A DNA stretch of 64,000 nucleotides from Octopus sinensis. Lineage: Eukaryota. The stretch covers positions 110,050,001-110,114,000 of the forward strand of contig NC_042997.1 of assembly GCF_006345805.1 (NCBI RefSeq), read 5' to 3'. The translations under genes were made by a program, and so were the position numbers. This document shows positions 12,816 through 24,714 of the stretch, piece by piece; position 1 is the first letter of the stretch, and each line of letters begins with the position of its first letter. The notes under the pieces were generated by a model. It was given only the letters and a program-made list of their open reading frames with translations. It ran no database searches and was not told the origin of the DNA.

Positions 12816-12937
12816 TTTGATTCCAGGTTCAAGCCCACTGCGTGGCACCTTGAGTAAGTGTTTTCTACTATAGCCCCGGGCAGACCAAAATCTTGTGAGT
12901 GGATTTGATGGGCGGAACTGAAAGAAGCCCGTCGTAT

Positions 12938-13003
<66 letters not shown>

Positions 13004-13229
13004 GTGTCTGTATTTGTCCCCTCATCGCCAATCGCTTGACAACCGATGTAGGTGTGTTCACGTCCCCGTAACTTAGCCGTTTTGCAAAAGGGCAAAAGAG
13101 ACCAATAGAATAAATGCTAGGCTTACAAAGAATAAGTCCTGGGGTCGATTTGCTGGACTAACGGCGGTGCTTCAGCATGGCCGCTGTCAAATCACCGAAA
13201 CAAGTAAAAGAATAAAAGAATAAAAGAAT
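12816..13229 (+). mobile_element. SINE family A copy with internal (TA)n
   Basis: GGTTCAAGCCCACTGCGTGGCACCTTGAGTAAGTG...; (TAAAAGAA)3 tail. Confidence 0.9.
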
Positions 13230-13243
13230 ATATATATATATAT

Positions 13244-13796
13244 GAGCAAACCGCCACCCGTCCAATGGACGGTGCTGAGTTGTCAAACATTTAAACAAAA
13301 TTTTCTCAAAACAACTTGTCCAACTGTCCCAGAGGCCTCCTCTTTGAGAAACACTGATTTAACCTAAATTTGAGACACCAGCAAAAGAAGAAATACAGAT
13401 AGACTTTTTTCTATTCCAAAGAAAAACGATTTTAGTCACACAAATATGCAACCGAAGAGTTTAAAGTACCAGTAATGGTAAGGCGTTTGACTGGGAGAAC
13501 ACAAACATGGTTTAAACAGTAAGCTTGGCGGGAAAGAAACATGCCTTTAAGCAGTACAAAAACAACAAAAAATGGAAGGCTCAGTTACGTACAGGTTGAC
13601 GGAAGAAAAGCAGGACGAAAACGTCTTTATCGATCGCATTCTCACCTGGAATCTATTTTTGTAATTTTTCCAAGACTTATACACGCCCTGATACCGTCGG
13701 TATCTACATATCAAATTTGAGCGCAATCGGATGGAGGATGCCCGAGATCCGAGAAGACACACACACAGACAGACAGAACGGATTTTATACAAGAGA
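13244..13796 (-). mobile_element. Non-autonomous Helitron-like element
   Basis: Minus-strand 5' end A|TCTCTTGTATAAAA..GTCTGTCTG..CCGATTGCGCTCAAATTTG; GC-rich hairpin CCGTCC-AAT-GGACGG (13258-13272) ~15 bp from the other end; terminal CTAG degenerate. Confidence 0.65.
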
Positions 13797-14402
13797 TAAA
13801 CAGTAAAAACCTACGTACATATACGTATAAGCATAAGAGATAAACACATCGAAGCAATTAGAACCAGTGGTCTAATTGATAAATATCAATTTTTACCCTA
13901 AATTTAATTTTATAAATATTTGTTCTCTAACCGATAAATTAACTGCTGCTAACTATTAGCTGCAGGCTAGTTTTCCCGGGTCTCACCACGCCAAAAGTAG
14001 AGGCATTTGAAATATATATTTCAAATGTAATAGGCCGTACTCCATGCACGCGATATTTTGGTGTCGTGTTGGCATTTAGTACAGCAAATTACATTTTATA
14101 TGGGACCATGCTGATGATGCTGCACTTTTCCTTGCGGAAAATAACAGCTGAAACTAAATTTAGTACATGGGTAAATATTTATTTCGTATATTTTTCACTT
14201 GTTTATTGCTTTGGTTTTGCTGAGTTTGATCTGAGAACATAAACTTTTTGTGGAGAATGGCGATTTGACGTCTATATCTAGCATGTTGACTGTCCACTTT
14301 TCGTGTGCAGTCCTTAATTGGTATATATAAATATTTTAATCTTCGGATTCTTTTTTAATATGCTAGACCACTGGTTTTACCCTAAATTTAATTTTATATA
14401 TA

Positions 14403-14472
<70 letters not shown>

Positions 14473-14624
14473 CAATAACTGGTGGGGTTGTGTTGACCGC
14501 ACGTGGAGAAATGATAGGCAAGGAAAAATTGTAAAAAGGCAGAATGCTAAATTGAAAGAAAATTTTAATGAAAATGGGTGTATGGAAAATTTTGAAAAAT
14601 TGATAATATATATATATATATTAA

Positions 14625-14662
14625 TTCAAACCGGTTTTCGTCATAATGTGACTTTTCAAGAA
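14625..14662 (-). ncRNA. Degenerate minimal hammerhead remnant
   Basis: ttc-TTGAAAA-GTCA catta TGAC-GAAAA-CCGG-TT-tgaa; two core changes from CUGAAGA. Confidence 0.45.
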
Positions 14663-15192
14663 TTGTAAAGAAAAAAATTTTTTTTTAATGTGAGGAGGAG
14701 GAAAAAAGAAAATTACATTGTTTTTTCCAAAAAATTAATAATAAATATATACAAAAATTAAAAAATAGGTACTCCGATACATTGTAAAGTCTTTGTGTAT
14801 CTTGAGTTTGATGATAGTTCACGAAAAAATTACCTTGAAGTATTGAGATCCAATGGGATTAAATCCATGTATTGTTTAATTTAATTAAGGGTGTCTCTTG
14901 AGTAAATGGCAAAACAGGAAGTATTAGTAGTCCAGTTCCTGTGTTGTGAATAAGGGGAGACAACTCTATGGGTTTTAAGCTCTTCAATTTGTGTTTATCA
15001 ATTTTTTGTAATAAAGGGTGTTAGTAAACCTTAAATTATAAAATTATCATTTTAATTTCATTTGCATTATCTTTTTTTAAATAATTGTTTGCTAACTTAA
15101 CATTCAGATTTTAACACTTTATTTATATTGTTTTCTAATTATATAAATTTGCATAAACCAATTTATAATTACAATTCAGATTATGTCATATA

Positions 15193-15194
15193 TA

Positions 15195-15262
<68 letters not shown>

Positions 15263-15273
15263 GTAATAATAAT
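15193..15273. repeat. (TAA)n microsatellite
   Basis: Directly visible. Confidence 0.97.
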
Positions 15274-15379
15274 GATATTTAGAGAATATAAGTTTTAGTT
15301 TGAAGTGATGACTGCATGGCATCCTTATATATTTGTGTTAGTCCATCCATGAAGAATGAGGTAGAAAAAAGAAGTATGA

Positions 15380-16188
15380 TCAACGAGGAGTTTGCATATT
15401 GAGATGCGTTTTGAATTTTTCAATAAAGATATTCTTCTTGTTAATTCTCTCCTGTGTGGTGGTTCCGTCTTTACATTGGTAGAAGGGGAATATGTAGAAT
15501 TTGGGATTTTTGTCTTTAGCGCAGGAGTCAATTCTGTCACTCAGTGGGATTTGCCGGTATTCCGGGAGATTTATTTGTTCTTTATGCACCGCTACTCTTT
15601 TACGTAACGGGAGGCTCGTTTGTCCAACATAATTATGTTGGCAACCGGCGCATGTGGGAACGTAGATAAGGTTCTCGGAGGAACAGGAGAAGTTGGTCTT
15701 GATTTAAAACTTCGTTCCTTGTTTGAAGATAAATTCAGAGCCTTCAAGTAGGAAGGGGCAGGTGCCACAGTTTGGGCGTGCATATTTTTTAACTGTTGGG
15801 GGTGTATGTGGTGTGTGAAGTTTGGCATTCGTCAAGAGTTTTTTAAAGATTTGTGTTGCCTTTTACATTTGAGGATTTTGTGTGTATTTATAATGTTTTT
15901 CATTTTTGGGTCTGTTGACAATAGACTGAGGTTTTGTATGATTGTGGTGTATGCTTCGATATTTTTGGGGTTGTGTGTGGTGTTGGGTTGGGTGGTTTTC
16001 ACTGTAGTGTTGTCTAGTTCTTTGGCGCGTTTTATTCCAAATTCTATAAGGGTGGAGGGATATTGGCGTTGTAATAGTGTTTTTTTGAGGTCTTGAAGGC
16101 GTATTTCTCTAGTTTTTGGATCCGAGATGATGGTGCATACCCTTTTAGCTAAGTTGAAAGGGATATTTGTCTTGGTGTGTTTTGGGTA
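15380..16188 (-). pseudogene. Penelope-like element ORF 3' part (RT thumb/linker + GIY-YIG endonuclease), 5'-truncated
   Basis: My translation: KHTKTNIPFNLAKRVCTIISD...RQHKSLKKLLTNAKL...RPNCGTCPFL...CSSENLIYVPTCAGCQHNYVGQTSLPLRKRVAVHKEQI...ERINKKNIFIEKFKTHLN; at least one internal stop. Confidence 0.88.
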
Positions 16189-16254
16189 TTATATATATAT
16201 GGTGTGTTATATATATATATGTATATGTATATATATATACATACATATATATAT

Positions 16255-16306
16255 TTCATTTCATCTAGTTTCAGCTCACGAGCTGTGGCCATGCTGGGGC
16301 ACCGCC
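16255..16306 (-). mobile_element. SINE family A-related 3' tail fragment
   Basis: Reverse complement GGCGGTGCCCCAGCATGGCCACAGCTC..GAGCTGAAACTAG. Confidence 0.6.
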
Positions 16307-16399
16307 CTTTATACACACACACACACACACACATACACACACACACTCACACACACACACACACATACACACACACATACACACACACACACACATATA

Positions 16400-17119
16400 C
16401 GGGGCTGGACAAAATAATGGAAACACCCAGCATCATAATTTTCAAATATCTATAAAACCGTCAAAAGCTTGTTTATTTTTATGGTTTTCGATTTATTATT
16501 GGTGTTTGCTAAAATTGCTGTTTCTTTTCAGGTATCATCAGAAAAAATTAATTAAAATTCATTAGAATGACAGATCTATCGGACTTTCAAAGAGGTCAAA
16601 TTGTTGGTGCTTGTATGATAGGCGCTATCATAATGAAAACAGCTGAAATGTTTCGTTTATCAAGAAGTACTGTCTCGAAGGTAATGACAGCCTTTGAACA
16701 AGAGGGAAAACGTCCTTGTCGAAACAAAACTCCGCAAGAAAACCAAAACTTTCAGATAGGGACCATCGAAATCTTACGCGAATTGTTAGAAAGGATCACA
16801 AATGGACAGCTCTCAAAATTACTGCAGAGCTTAATGACCTCCTCTAGAACCCAGTTTCCATAGACATTGTTCACTGGGAGCTGCACAAAGCTGGATTTCA
16901 CAGGAGGGCTGTAATAAAAAAAAACACTACTTTCAAAAACAAACGTTCCAAAGCGTTTTGAGTGGAGTAAAAACCTTAACCCTAACCCTGGAGCAGTGGG
17001 AGAATGTTATTTTCTCGAACGAGTCATCCTTTCACTTATTTCTGACCACTGACTGAGTGTACGTCGGAGACAGTCAAATGAATCATTTGACCCAGACTGA
17101 CTTCTTTCAACTGTTAAAC
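16400..17119 (+). mobile_element. Tc1 transposon, 3'-truncated, with transposase pseudogene from 16567
   Basis: TA + CGGGGCTGGACAAAATAATGGAAACAC terminus; MTDLSDFQRGQIVGA...SRSTVSKVMTAF, RELHKAGF, FSNESSFHLF; frameshifts; no right TIR seen. Confidence 0.88.
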
Positions 17120-17130
17120 TAGTTAATTCA

Positions 17131-17282
17131 CTAATTTATATAAATGTGGATATGCCGATTAGTTTTTATATGTTCTGGTGGCGCTTGGTCAGAAATATAA
17201 AGGGTAAGTTTTCCTAGCATTTTCAGATTTATAATTGTAAAGGGTCGAAACAAACCTGAGCAATACCGGGTGATACTGTTAG
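17131..17282 (+). mobile_element. Short Helitron-like fragment (3' end)
   Basis: AAACCTGAGCAATACCGGGTGATACTGTTAG|T matches the Helitron 3' end at 54137-54168. Confidence 0.6.
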
Positions 17283-17491
17283 TTTCTGATAAAAATAACT
17301 ATTGAAGACATGCGGTGAACTTTAGCGGTAAACATTTCTGATAAACATAACTATTAGACATAACTAATATAAGTAAACATAAAGTTAAGCAGTCAATAAA
17401 CAAAACCATTAATAAACAATAAACAAAACCGATAAACACTGTAAACATAAGCAATAAAAATAGTAAACTAATAAACGTTGCGCGACTGTCT

Positions 17492-17672
17492 AATGGGCGT
17501 GGTTGTGTCGCAAGAAATTGGCATCCTAACGACACCGCCCCGGATTCAGTCCCACTGCATAGCACGAAGGCCAAGTGTATTTCACTGTACCCACAACACC
17601 GGCCAAAATCTTGCGAGTAGATTTGCTAAAAGAAACCTGTTGTATATAAATATGTGTGTGTATGTGTGTGTG

Positions 17673-17728
<56 letters not shown>

Positions 17729-17941
17729 TGTGTGTGTGTGTGTGCGTGTGTGTGTGTGTTAGCTCCCCACCACCACCACCACCACTACTTCTTGACCTCT
17801 GGTTCGGCAAAAAGAGACCGATATAATCAGTACCAGACTCGAAAAGTAAAGAAGTCCTGGGGTCGATTCTTTTGACTAAACTCTTCAAGGTCGTGCCCCA
17901 GCGTGGCCACAATCCAATGACTGAAACAAATAAAAAATGAA
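17492..17941 (+). mobile_element. SINE family A copy, diverged, with internal (TG)n/(GCGT)n
   Basis: GGATTCAGTCCCACTGCATAGC...GTCCTGGGGTCGATT...AATGACTGAAACAAATAAAA. Confidence 0.8.
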
Positions 17942-18160
17942 GCTGATCGGTAACGAACTAACCTGCAAACAAGGTACCTCTTCTCGATAATTTGAAACCG
18001 CAGCCAAATTTCACTCATACCACACCCTGGAGTCTGAAAGAAAAAATGACTTATTAGGTAACCTAGCATATTATATACGTAAAACGATGGGATGGTCACG
18101 GGTGGCGTATCTCCTTTCATAGGTCTGCTAAATGACCTGCGGCTAAACAACAACGACAGT

Positions 18161-18545
18161 GGAGGCGCATTGGCCCAGTCGTTAGGGCAGCGGACTCGTG
18201 GTCGGAGGATCGCGGTTTCGATTCCCAGACCGGCCGTTGTGTGTGTTTATTGAGCGAAAACACCTAAAGCTCCACGAGGCTCCGGCAGGGAGTGGTGGCG
18301 ACCCCTGTTGTACTCTTTCTCTCACTCTTTCTTCCTGTTTGTTGTCCCCGACTTACTACGCAACCGCTGAGCCTGGATGCGCATTCATCCCTCCGTCGAT
18401 GCTCTCGGTGTCGGGGGTTGACCTGCTTTCTCTTCTGCGGGTCTTACGAATAGCAAAGGACCACGATTCGGACTTCTCCCACTACAGGGACGAAGACCTC
18501 TTCGCTCAACAAACAAACAACAACGGCAACAGAACAACCACAACA
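18161..18545 (+). mobile_element. tRNA-derived SINE (family C) with a distinct 3' module and (AAC)n tail
   Basis: GGAGGCGCATTGGCCCAGTCGTTAGGGCAGCGGACTC (A box), GGTTTCGATTCCC (B box), GAGCGAAAACACCTAAAGCTCCACGAGG; AAC-rich end. Confidence 0.75.
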
Positions 18546-19599
18546 TGAATATATCAAAAGAAATGGCGGCTATTCAATGATTAAGTTGTTATTTTTTTTT
18601 TTTTTAGATATAATTGAAGTAAAACATCTCCATTAAATGTTAAAATATCTTCATTCACGTCTCGTCTGGTTTGGAAAGGCAAGATGCGGAAGCAGAAGGG
18701 AGAGAAGGAAAACCACCACAACAACAACAACAACAACAAAAACAAATAATCACGTGGAGCACATGACTTGTCGATAGTTTCATGTTTTTACTGGAACTAT
18801 AAATTAAAGACAAGTATGGTATTACGACAAGAAAACACCATTTAAATAAGGTTTTTCTTTCTCTTCTTTCGTTGATTCCTTAGTTTTTCTTCTTTCATCC
18901 ATTTCTTTTTTACACTAACACACAAACAAACACACACTTAAACATATATATATATATATATATATATGCATATACATATATATATATATATACACACACA
19001 CACAGAATGAAACACACGGACACATAAATATATACATGTTGTGTGTGTGTGTGTGTGTGTGCGTGCGTATATATATAATCATAATTGCTTTCTTTGTGCT
19101 GTTTCACTGTTATTGCTTTCTTCAAGCAAGACTTAATTATTTCTGTGATTTATGAAGGCTGCCCTTTCACATTGAGCTCGATGAATTTTCATTCACATCT
19201 AGTAACGTCTGTCTTTCATATTACTTGTTGATTTATTCCTCTTCATACGCACACATTCTCTGCCCCCTTCTTTCTCCCCACCTCTCTCCCGCTTTTTCAC
19301 ACTCTATAATTCACACAAACACACACACACACAAACACAAACATGCTCTCACCAAATACACACACACACGCAAACACACAAACTGTTTTTTCACTGTTAT
19401 TCTTTCTTCTCGTTCACCACCTCTCACTACTTTCTTTCGTTATTTCTGTCTCCTTCCTCTCCTGCTCTCTGCCTTTCTTTTTTTTTATCCTTCCGCCCCT
19501 CCATTCTCCATCGCTCCCGTCCTAAGACATTCATTCAAAGTAATCCAAATTTTAATGACATGAAAATATGGCGTGCATACATAACGAGCAAAAGGTGGC

Positions 19600-20530
19600 A
19601 AAGTAAGGCTTCGATGATCTGAGTTGGAGGAGGAGAAGGTGGTGGTGGTGGTGGTGGTGGTGGCGGTGTTGGTGGAACGGTGAGGGAGAGGAGGTTCAGG
19701 CTGCGTAAGAGGTAAAGGAGAAGGATAAAGAGATGAAAGAAAATCGGGGCTGGAAGAAGGGAAGAGAAAATAATAAAAATATTTGTGAGTTATGAACTGA
19801 TAATGAGAGAGGAGGAGGAGATGTAGAAAATAAGATTGTAAATAAGAAGAGAGGGGAAGGAGGAGGAGAAGGAGGAGGGAATTAATTTTGCGAGAGTGTG
19901 TGTAATTTATGAGCATGTAGGGTATGTGCGTATGTACACACGCATACATGTACACACACACACACACACGCAGATACACATACACACACACATATACGTA
20001 AAGGGAAAGAGAGAGAGAGGGAATAATTGAACTGAAAGCAAGTGGGAAGAGGAGGTAGGGAAGGTGTTTAAGAATTAGGGACCAATATGAAGGGTGACGA
20101 CAAAGACGGGTTGAGAGATGAAGGAGGAGGATAAGCAATGGAGAGGGAACGATAGAGAGAGAGGGAGAGAGAACGAGAGGAAGAGAGAGAGAGAGTGAGA
20201 GTGAGTCTTTCGTGAGAAAGAGGGAAAGAGCTCTAAAATAAGAATATATGAAAAAGGGGAGAAAGAAAAACGAGGAATGAGTAGGAGGAAAAGGATGAGG
20301 AGAGAATAAAGGTAGAAAGAGAGAAGAGAGAGACTGATAGAGAGGAAGGGAGAGACTGCTAGAGATGAAGGGAGAGAGTTGGAGGTTGAATGCACAGAGG
20401 AAAATATAAGAAAAAACAGAGAGGAAGGAGAAAAGGAGAGAAAGAGGAGGAAAGGAGTGAACCGCGAAGAGAAGGACATCGGAAAGAATACTAGAGAAAA
20501 AGGTTGAGAACGAGTTTGTAGAATAAAAAC
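19600..20530. repeat. GA-rich low-complexity region
   Basis: Polypurine (GA/GGA) tracts; overlapping ORFs are artefacts. Confidence 0.9.
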
Positions 20531-23304
20531 AGCAGCTTTTCAGACACACAGACAGACAAACGATATGTCAAGAGAGAAAAAAAAATTAGGAAATTAAATC
20601 AAACAAATGTAAAATATTGTAGGGGCATTTGATGTTGTTTATTTGGTGAAAAGTTGGAATTTGCGATTAGAGGAAGAAAAACAATAAAGTTAATCTGTTA
20701 AAGAGACGCCAACACCAAAAGTGCGTTAAAATGTCACATTTTTTGATCGCATAAAACTAAACGACACCCAATGAGCTGACAGGAAGTTAGAAGTATAATT
20801 TAAGATTATGGACGTAAAAGACACCGTGATTCCCATTGAAACAATCTGTGTATCGCTTCAAAATCACGATGTTTAAACGAAGAAGAAACAAAAACAAATG
20901 AAAGCCACGACATAGAATGGAAGTTCTAAAATAGAAAACAGCGAGAAGTGACTAATAAAAGGAAATCTGAAATAAAACAGATGCGTATAACCTATAATTT
21001 ATAAATGATACAACAGAAAATGAAGTGTCTTTAAAAGTATATTAGAAGTATATTGAACTCTTTAAAATAATTGAAATCGTCTCTGAGACAGAGCAAGTCA
21101 TTTTACGGAGATGATTATAATACCAATGTTCAGTCTACGAGTAATTGGCTGGTTTATATTTTTACGAGGTGAATTGTTCTTGTAAATTTGACAACTTCAT
21201 CATTACATCTTCTGCTATATTTTCCTGTAAAGTCACCGTAATTTGGAAATCTCACAATTTGCTGTATTTTCTTCAACTTCGACAATCCAATTTAAATAAT
21301 TTGTCTGTTATTTACGACAATAAATAACAGACAAATCTTCTCGCAGAGATTATGTACTTCTCGTGCTTGTCATATTCTCAGAATATCTGCGATATATTCT
21401 TTGTGCCATTTCTATATATATTCAACGTGAGACATGTTTTGGATTTGCGATACGAGAGCCTTAGTTGTATATCATTTCAGTGATCCTTTAGTATTTCCAT
21501 GAATGTCCTTATTCTAGCATTTGGTAGTTCTTTTCTTAAGACCTTGTCACCTTGATATGAAACATTTTGTTACAGAGTACCCAGATTTAACCACTGAACA
21601 TTCTCTCCACAGCGTTCTCCATTTCTCTCTCTATAACATTGCTTTCTTACCAAGACACAAGACGCCATTACAAGGCGTCAAGAGGTGGATACCGGTGAAG
21701 GTAGATTACTGATACCCTGGTACATATCTTATTAATTCTTCTAAAGAAAGATGTGATCCCTACTGACAGGGATTTAGAACATAGAGAGATCTAATGAAAT
21801 AATAAAAGCCTTACACTATTTCCGTTAATCAGTCGCCTTTTACAATTATTTCTCCATATTCGAAATAGAAGTTTCCTCCGCTTTTCTTTTCCTTCTTCTT
21901 TTCTTATTTACCTACACATGTCTAATCGTCCCACTGGCGGCAATCTTCTCCGTTCCTTAAATTCCTAGCTACTGATCCAATGCTTTCATTAGGTTTTTGA
22001 CCCCATCGAAACAATAAGCTGAATTGCCTTTATTTGAGATCAAACTGCTATTACGTTTTCATATACAGAAACCTAAAAACAGTAATTCTACCCTTAAAAA
22101 CACAGGGGTGGATCCGTGTGCTAAAAAGTCTGCTTTCCGACCACATGGTTTCGAGTCCCATCCCATTGTCTCACTAATTCCCATTCATAAAATAAAAATC
22201 TTCGATGGGTTCAAAATAATTAAAAGGTTAACATCAAGTTGCTAGCATAGTTTTTTAATCGCGTGTGTTTTGTATGTGTGTAGTTGTGTGTGGTGGATAT
22301 TGATCAGAGTCGAGATGAGACTGAACAACAGAGAGAGAGAAAAAAGAAAGAGAGAGAGAAAGAGAGAGAGGGGAAGAAAGAGAGAGAGGGGGAGAAATAG
22401 AGGAAAGGAGATAATGACGAGATATAAATAAATATTTGGGGTGAGAACGAAGTTGAGAGTCAGGGAGAGAGAGTGTGTGCGTCTGTGTACATGCGTTTGT
22501 GTGTGCGTTTGTGTGTGTGTGCACGTGTGTTTGTTGCTGTGTGTATGTTTGTGTGTGTGTGCGAGCCTGTGTGCGTGTGTGAGAGAGAGACAGAAAGACA
22601 GAAAGAGATTTATAACAATATGCTTAATACTTATAATGTCTTATGCTAAAGTAAAAGAATGCTAGCGTCAAAGGAGCTCCTCCTGAGAGATGCTGTGTGT
22701 TAAATACACACCTCTATCCGAATGACGTCAGCTGCCCGTCAGACACCGGCGTTTCATCTTCCCTACCACGGTTTGTAGTCGGCGTTAGTAATGTGAATAT
22801 TGGATACTGAATGGTTAATACAAACATTTGTTCTATTGGCAATTGATTCGACAATATGTGGGAAGGAAATATGGAATTGCAAACATTGTTGGCCGAATGA
22901 AAGTAAACCCAACCATTTTAAATGTAGAGACGGAGGTAGGCACACAGACATACATACAGGCCAATACAACCAACCAATGACAAATTGGGAAAATAATCGC
23001 TTGTGAAATAATGTAAGATGTTTTATAAAAACAAATGGGTAATATTGTTAGAAAGAGTGAATTATTTTCGGGTATTGATTAAAATGATGTCCTATTCAGG
23101 AACTCTAAAATCATTTAAAATGTCGTTAGATTTACGAAATCCCTACTTCCTTTCTGTTTTGTCATTCTTGGTGAGATTTGGTAAAAGCCAATCGTTTTTG
23201 TCCTTGGCTAGTATACAAAATCTGTTGTCTAGTTTAACGTCATCCACTGGTCCAGACTCGGTGGCTCTACAAATGTTCATAATGTATAATATTGATTTTA
23301 GTTT

Positions 23305-23472
23305 CGAGGGAGAGGGTACATCGATTACACCGATTCCCCCAGTGTTCAGCTCGAACTTGTTTTATCGACGCGGAAAGGATAAAAGGCAAGAATTTGAACT
23401 CAAAACGTAATGACGGACGAAATACTGCTAAAGTTTTCTCCCAGCGCTCTAACGGTTCTGCCAGCTCACCAC
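23305..23472 (-). mobile_element. SINE family B copy, diverged
   Basis: Reverse complement GGTGGTGAGCTGGCAGAACCGTTAGAGCGC...GTATTTCGTCCGTC...TGAGTTCAAATTC. Confidence 0.75.
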
Positions 23473-23887
23473 CTGCTATGATATTGACATTTAGACCTTG
23501 TAAAACTTAAACGAGATTTACAACGTAGAAGGGTGAACTTATCCAATAGGCGATTAACTTCCAATGTGATCCAGTTCGTCGATATTTCTAAACTGATGTT
23601 ATTTTATTGTTGTTAGCCATCCGCCCACAACATTGGATGCTGCGCTTATCATCAAAAATATTCCAGTCTGTAACAATTCCAGAGACTCACCAGATCAGTT
23701 TAACATTTAATTTCCAGTGACCCAAAAGATTCAGATTCCATACAGTAGAGTATCATTTGAGGGCGAGTCGTGTGCTGTTTCTAACATGTGGACAGTTAAC
23801 TTCAAAAGCACCGCCATCATTGTAAATTGTCTGCTATGGTCGGTGCCTGGGCGTTATATATTTATGGCATGAATATAAATTAATCAT

Positions 23888-23972
23888 CGTCATCGTCATC
23901 ATAATCTTCATCACCATCATTTAACATCTGTTTTCCTTGCTGGTAAGGGTTGGACTGTTTGACAGGGTCCCG
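23888..23972 (-). mobile_element. 3' tail of SINE family E
   Basis: Reverse complement matches 51960-52028 (GTCAAACAGTCCAACCC..AGCAAGGAAAACAGATGTTAAATGATG). Confidence 0.7.
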
Positions 23973-24009
23973 CAAGTAGCAGACGTTTATTGACATAATA
24001 TATATATGT

Positions 24010-24460
24010 ATGCAAATATTTTATAATTATAAACATAATTATAATTAGGGTTCAGCTAACTGCTTCACTCCATACCGAAATTAAGAAAAAGGAGTTAAAA
24101 ATTCCTTTTCTACTACTATAAGAATCTCCATGACAGTAACATACTTTTTTACGAAGGCAAAGAGAAAAACAATAAATCAGCACGACCAGGATTAACTATA
24201 TACGCGTTTCGAGATTAAAGTGATTTAAATTTTACTTACTTCTCTCTTCAGTATAATATCTCCAATTGTAAAATTTGAAGTGCTTGGGTTAAATAGGCGC
24301 AGGATCGAGAGACATCATGTAACAGATATACAACCAACACTTCCAAAATTTTGTAGTAGCAGAAAAGGAATTTTAACTCCTATTTCTGAATTCGGTATGT
24401 GGTGAAGCAATTAGCTGAACCCTAATTATAATTATGCTTATAATTATAAAATATTTGTAT
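24010..24460. repeat. ~110 bp inverted repeat (24010-24121 / 24351-24460) with ~230 bp spacer
   Basis: Arms align as reverse complements with scattered mismatches. Confidence 0.92.
24195..24257 (-). ncRNA. Minimal type-I hammerhead ribozyme with fully canonical core
   Basis: ATTATA-CTGAAGA-GAGA[26 nt]TCTC-GAAA-CGCG-TA-TATAGT; palindromic ACGCGT stem III, GUA cleavage triplet. Confidence 0.8.
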
Positions 24461-24588
24461 AATTTTACCTATAAAGGTTATTTTGACGTGCCGATCTACT
24501 TGGTAAAATTATTAATTAATTGATTGATTAATTAATTAATTTAATTGATACATTTTACCCTTTTATTATTAATTTTAAAATATGTATG

Positions 24589-24641
<53 letters not shown>

Positions 24642-24714
24642 TCATATGTATATGATATGCTCCATACTTTTATCACATAAAAACAGAAAAATGTAATGGT
24701 ATATCTTTTTTTTA

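Noticed and set aside
16977-16989. TAACCCTAACCCT telomere-like insert in the Tc1
   Set aside because: Only two units; compatible with chance or a local duplication
19485-20549. 354-aa Ser/Leu/Phe-rich ORF
   Set aside because: CT-rich low complexity; no domain signature
21670-21838. Possible very old SINE B copy
   Set aside because: Similarity too patchy to support by eye
22723-22734. CRE palindrome TGACGTCA overlapping an E-box
   Set aside because: One 8-mer in 64 kb is near chance expectation
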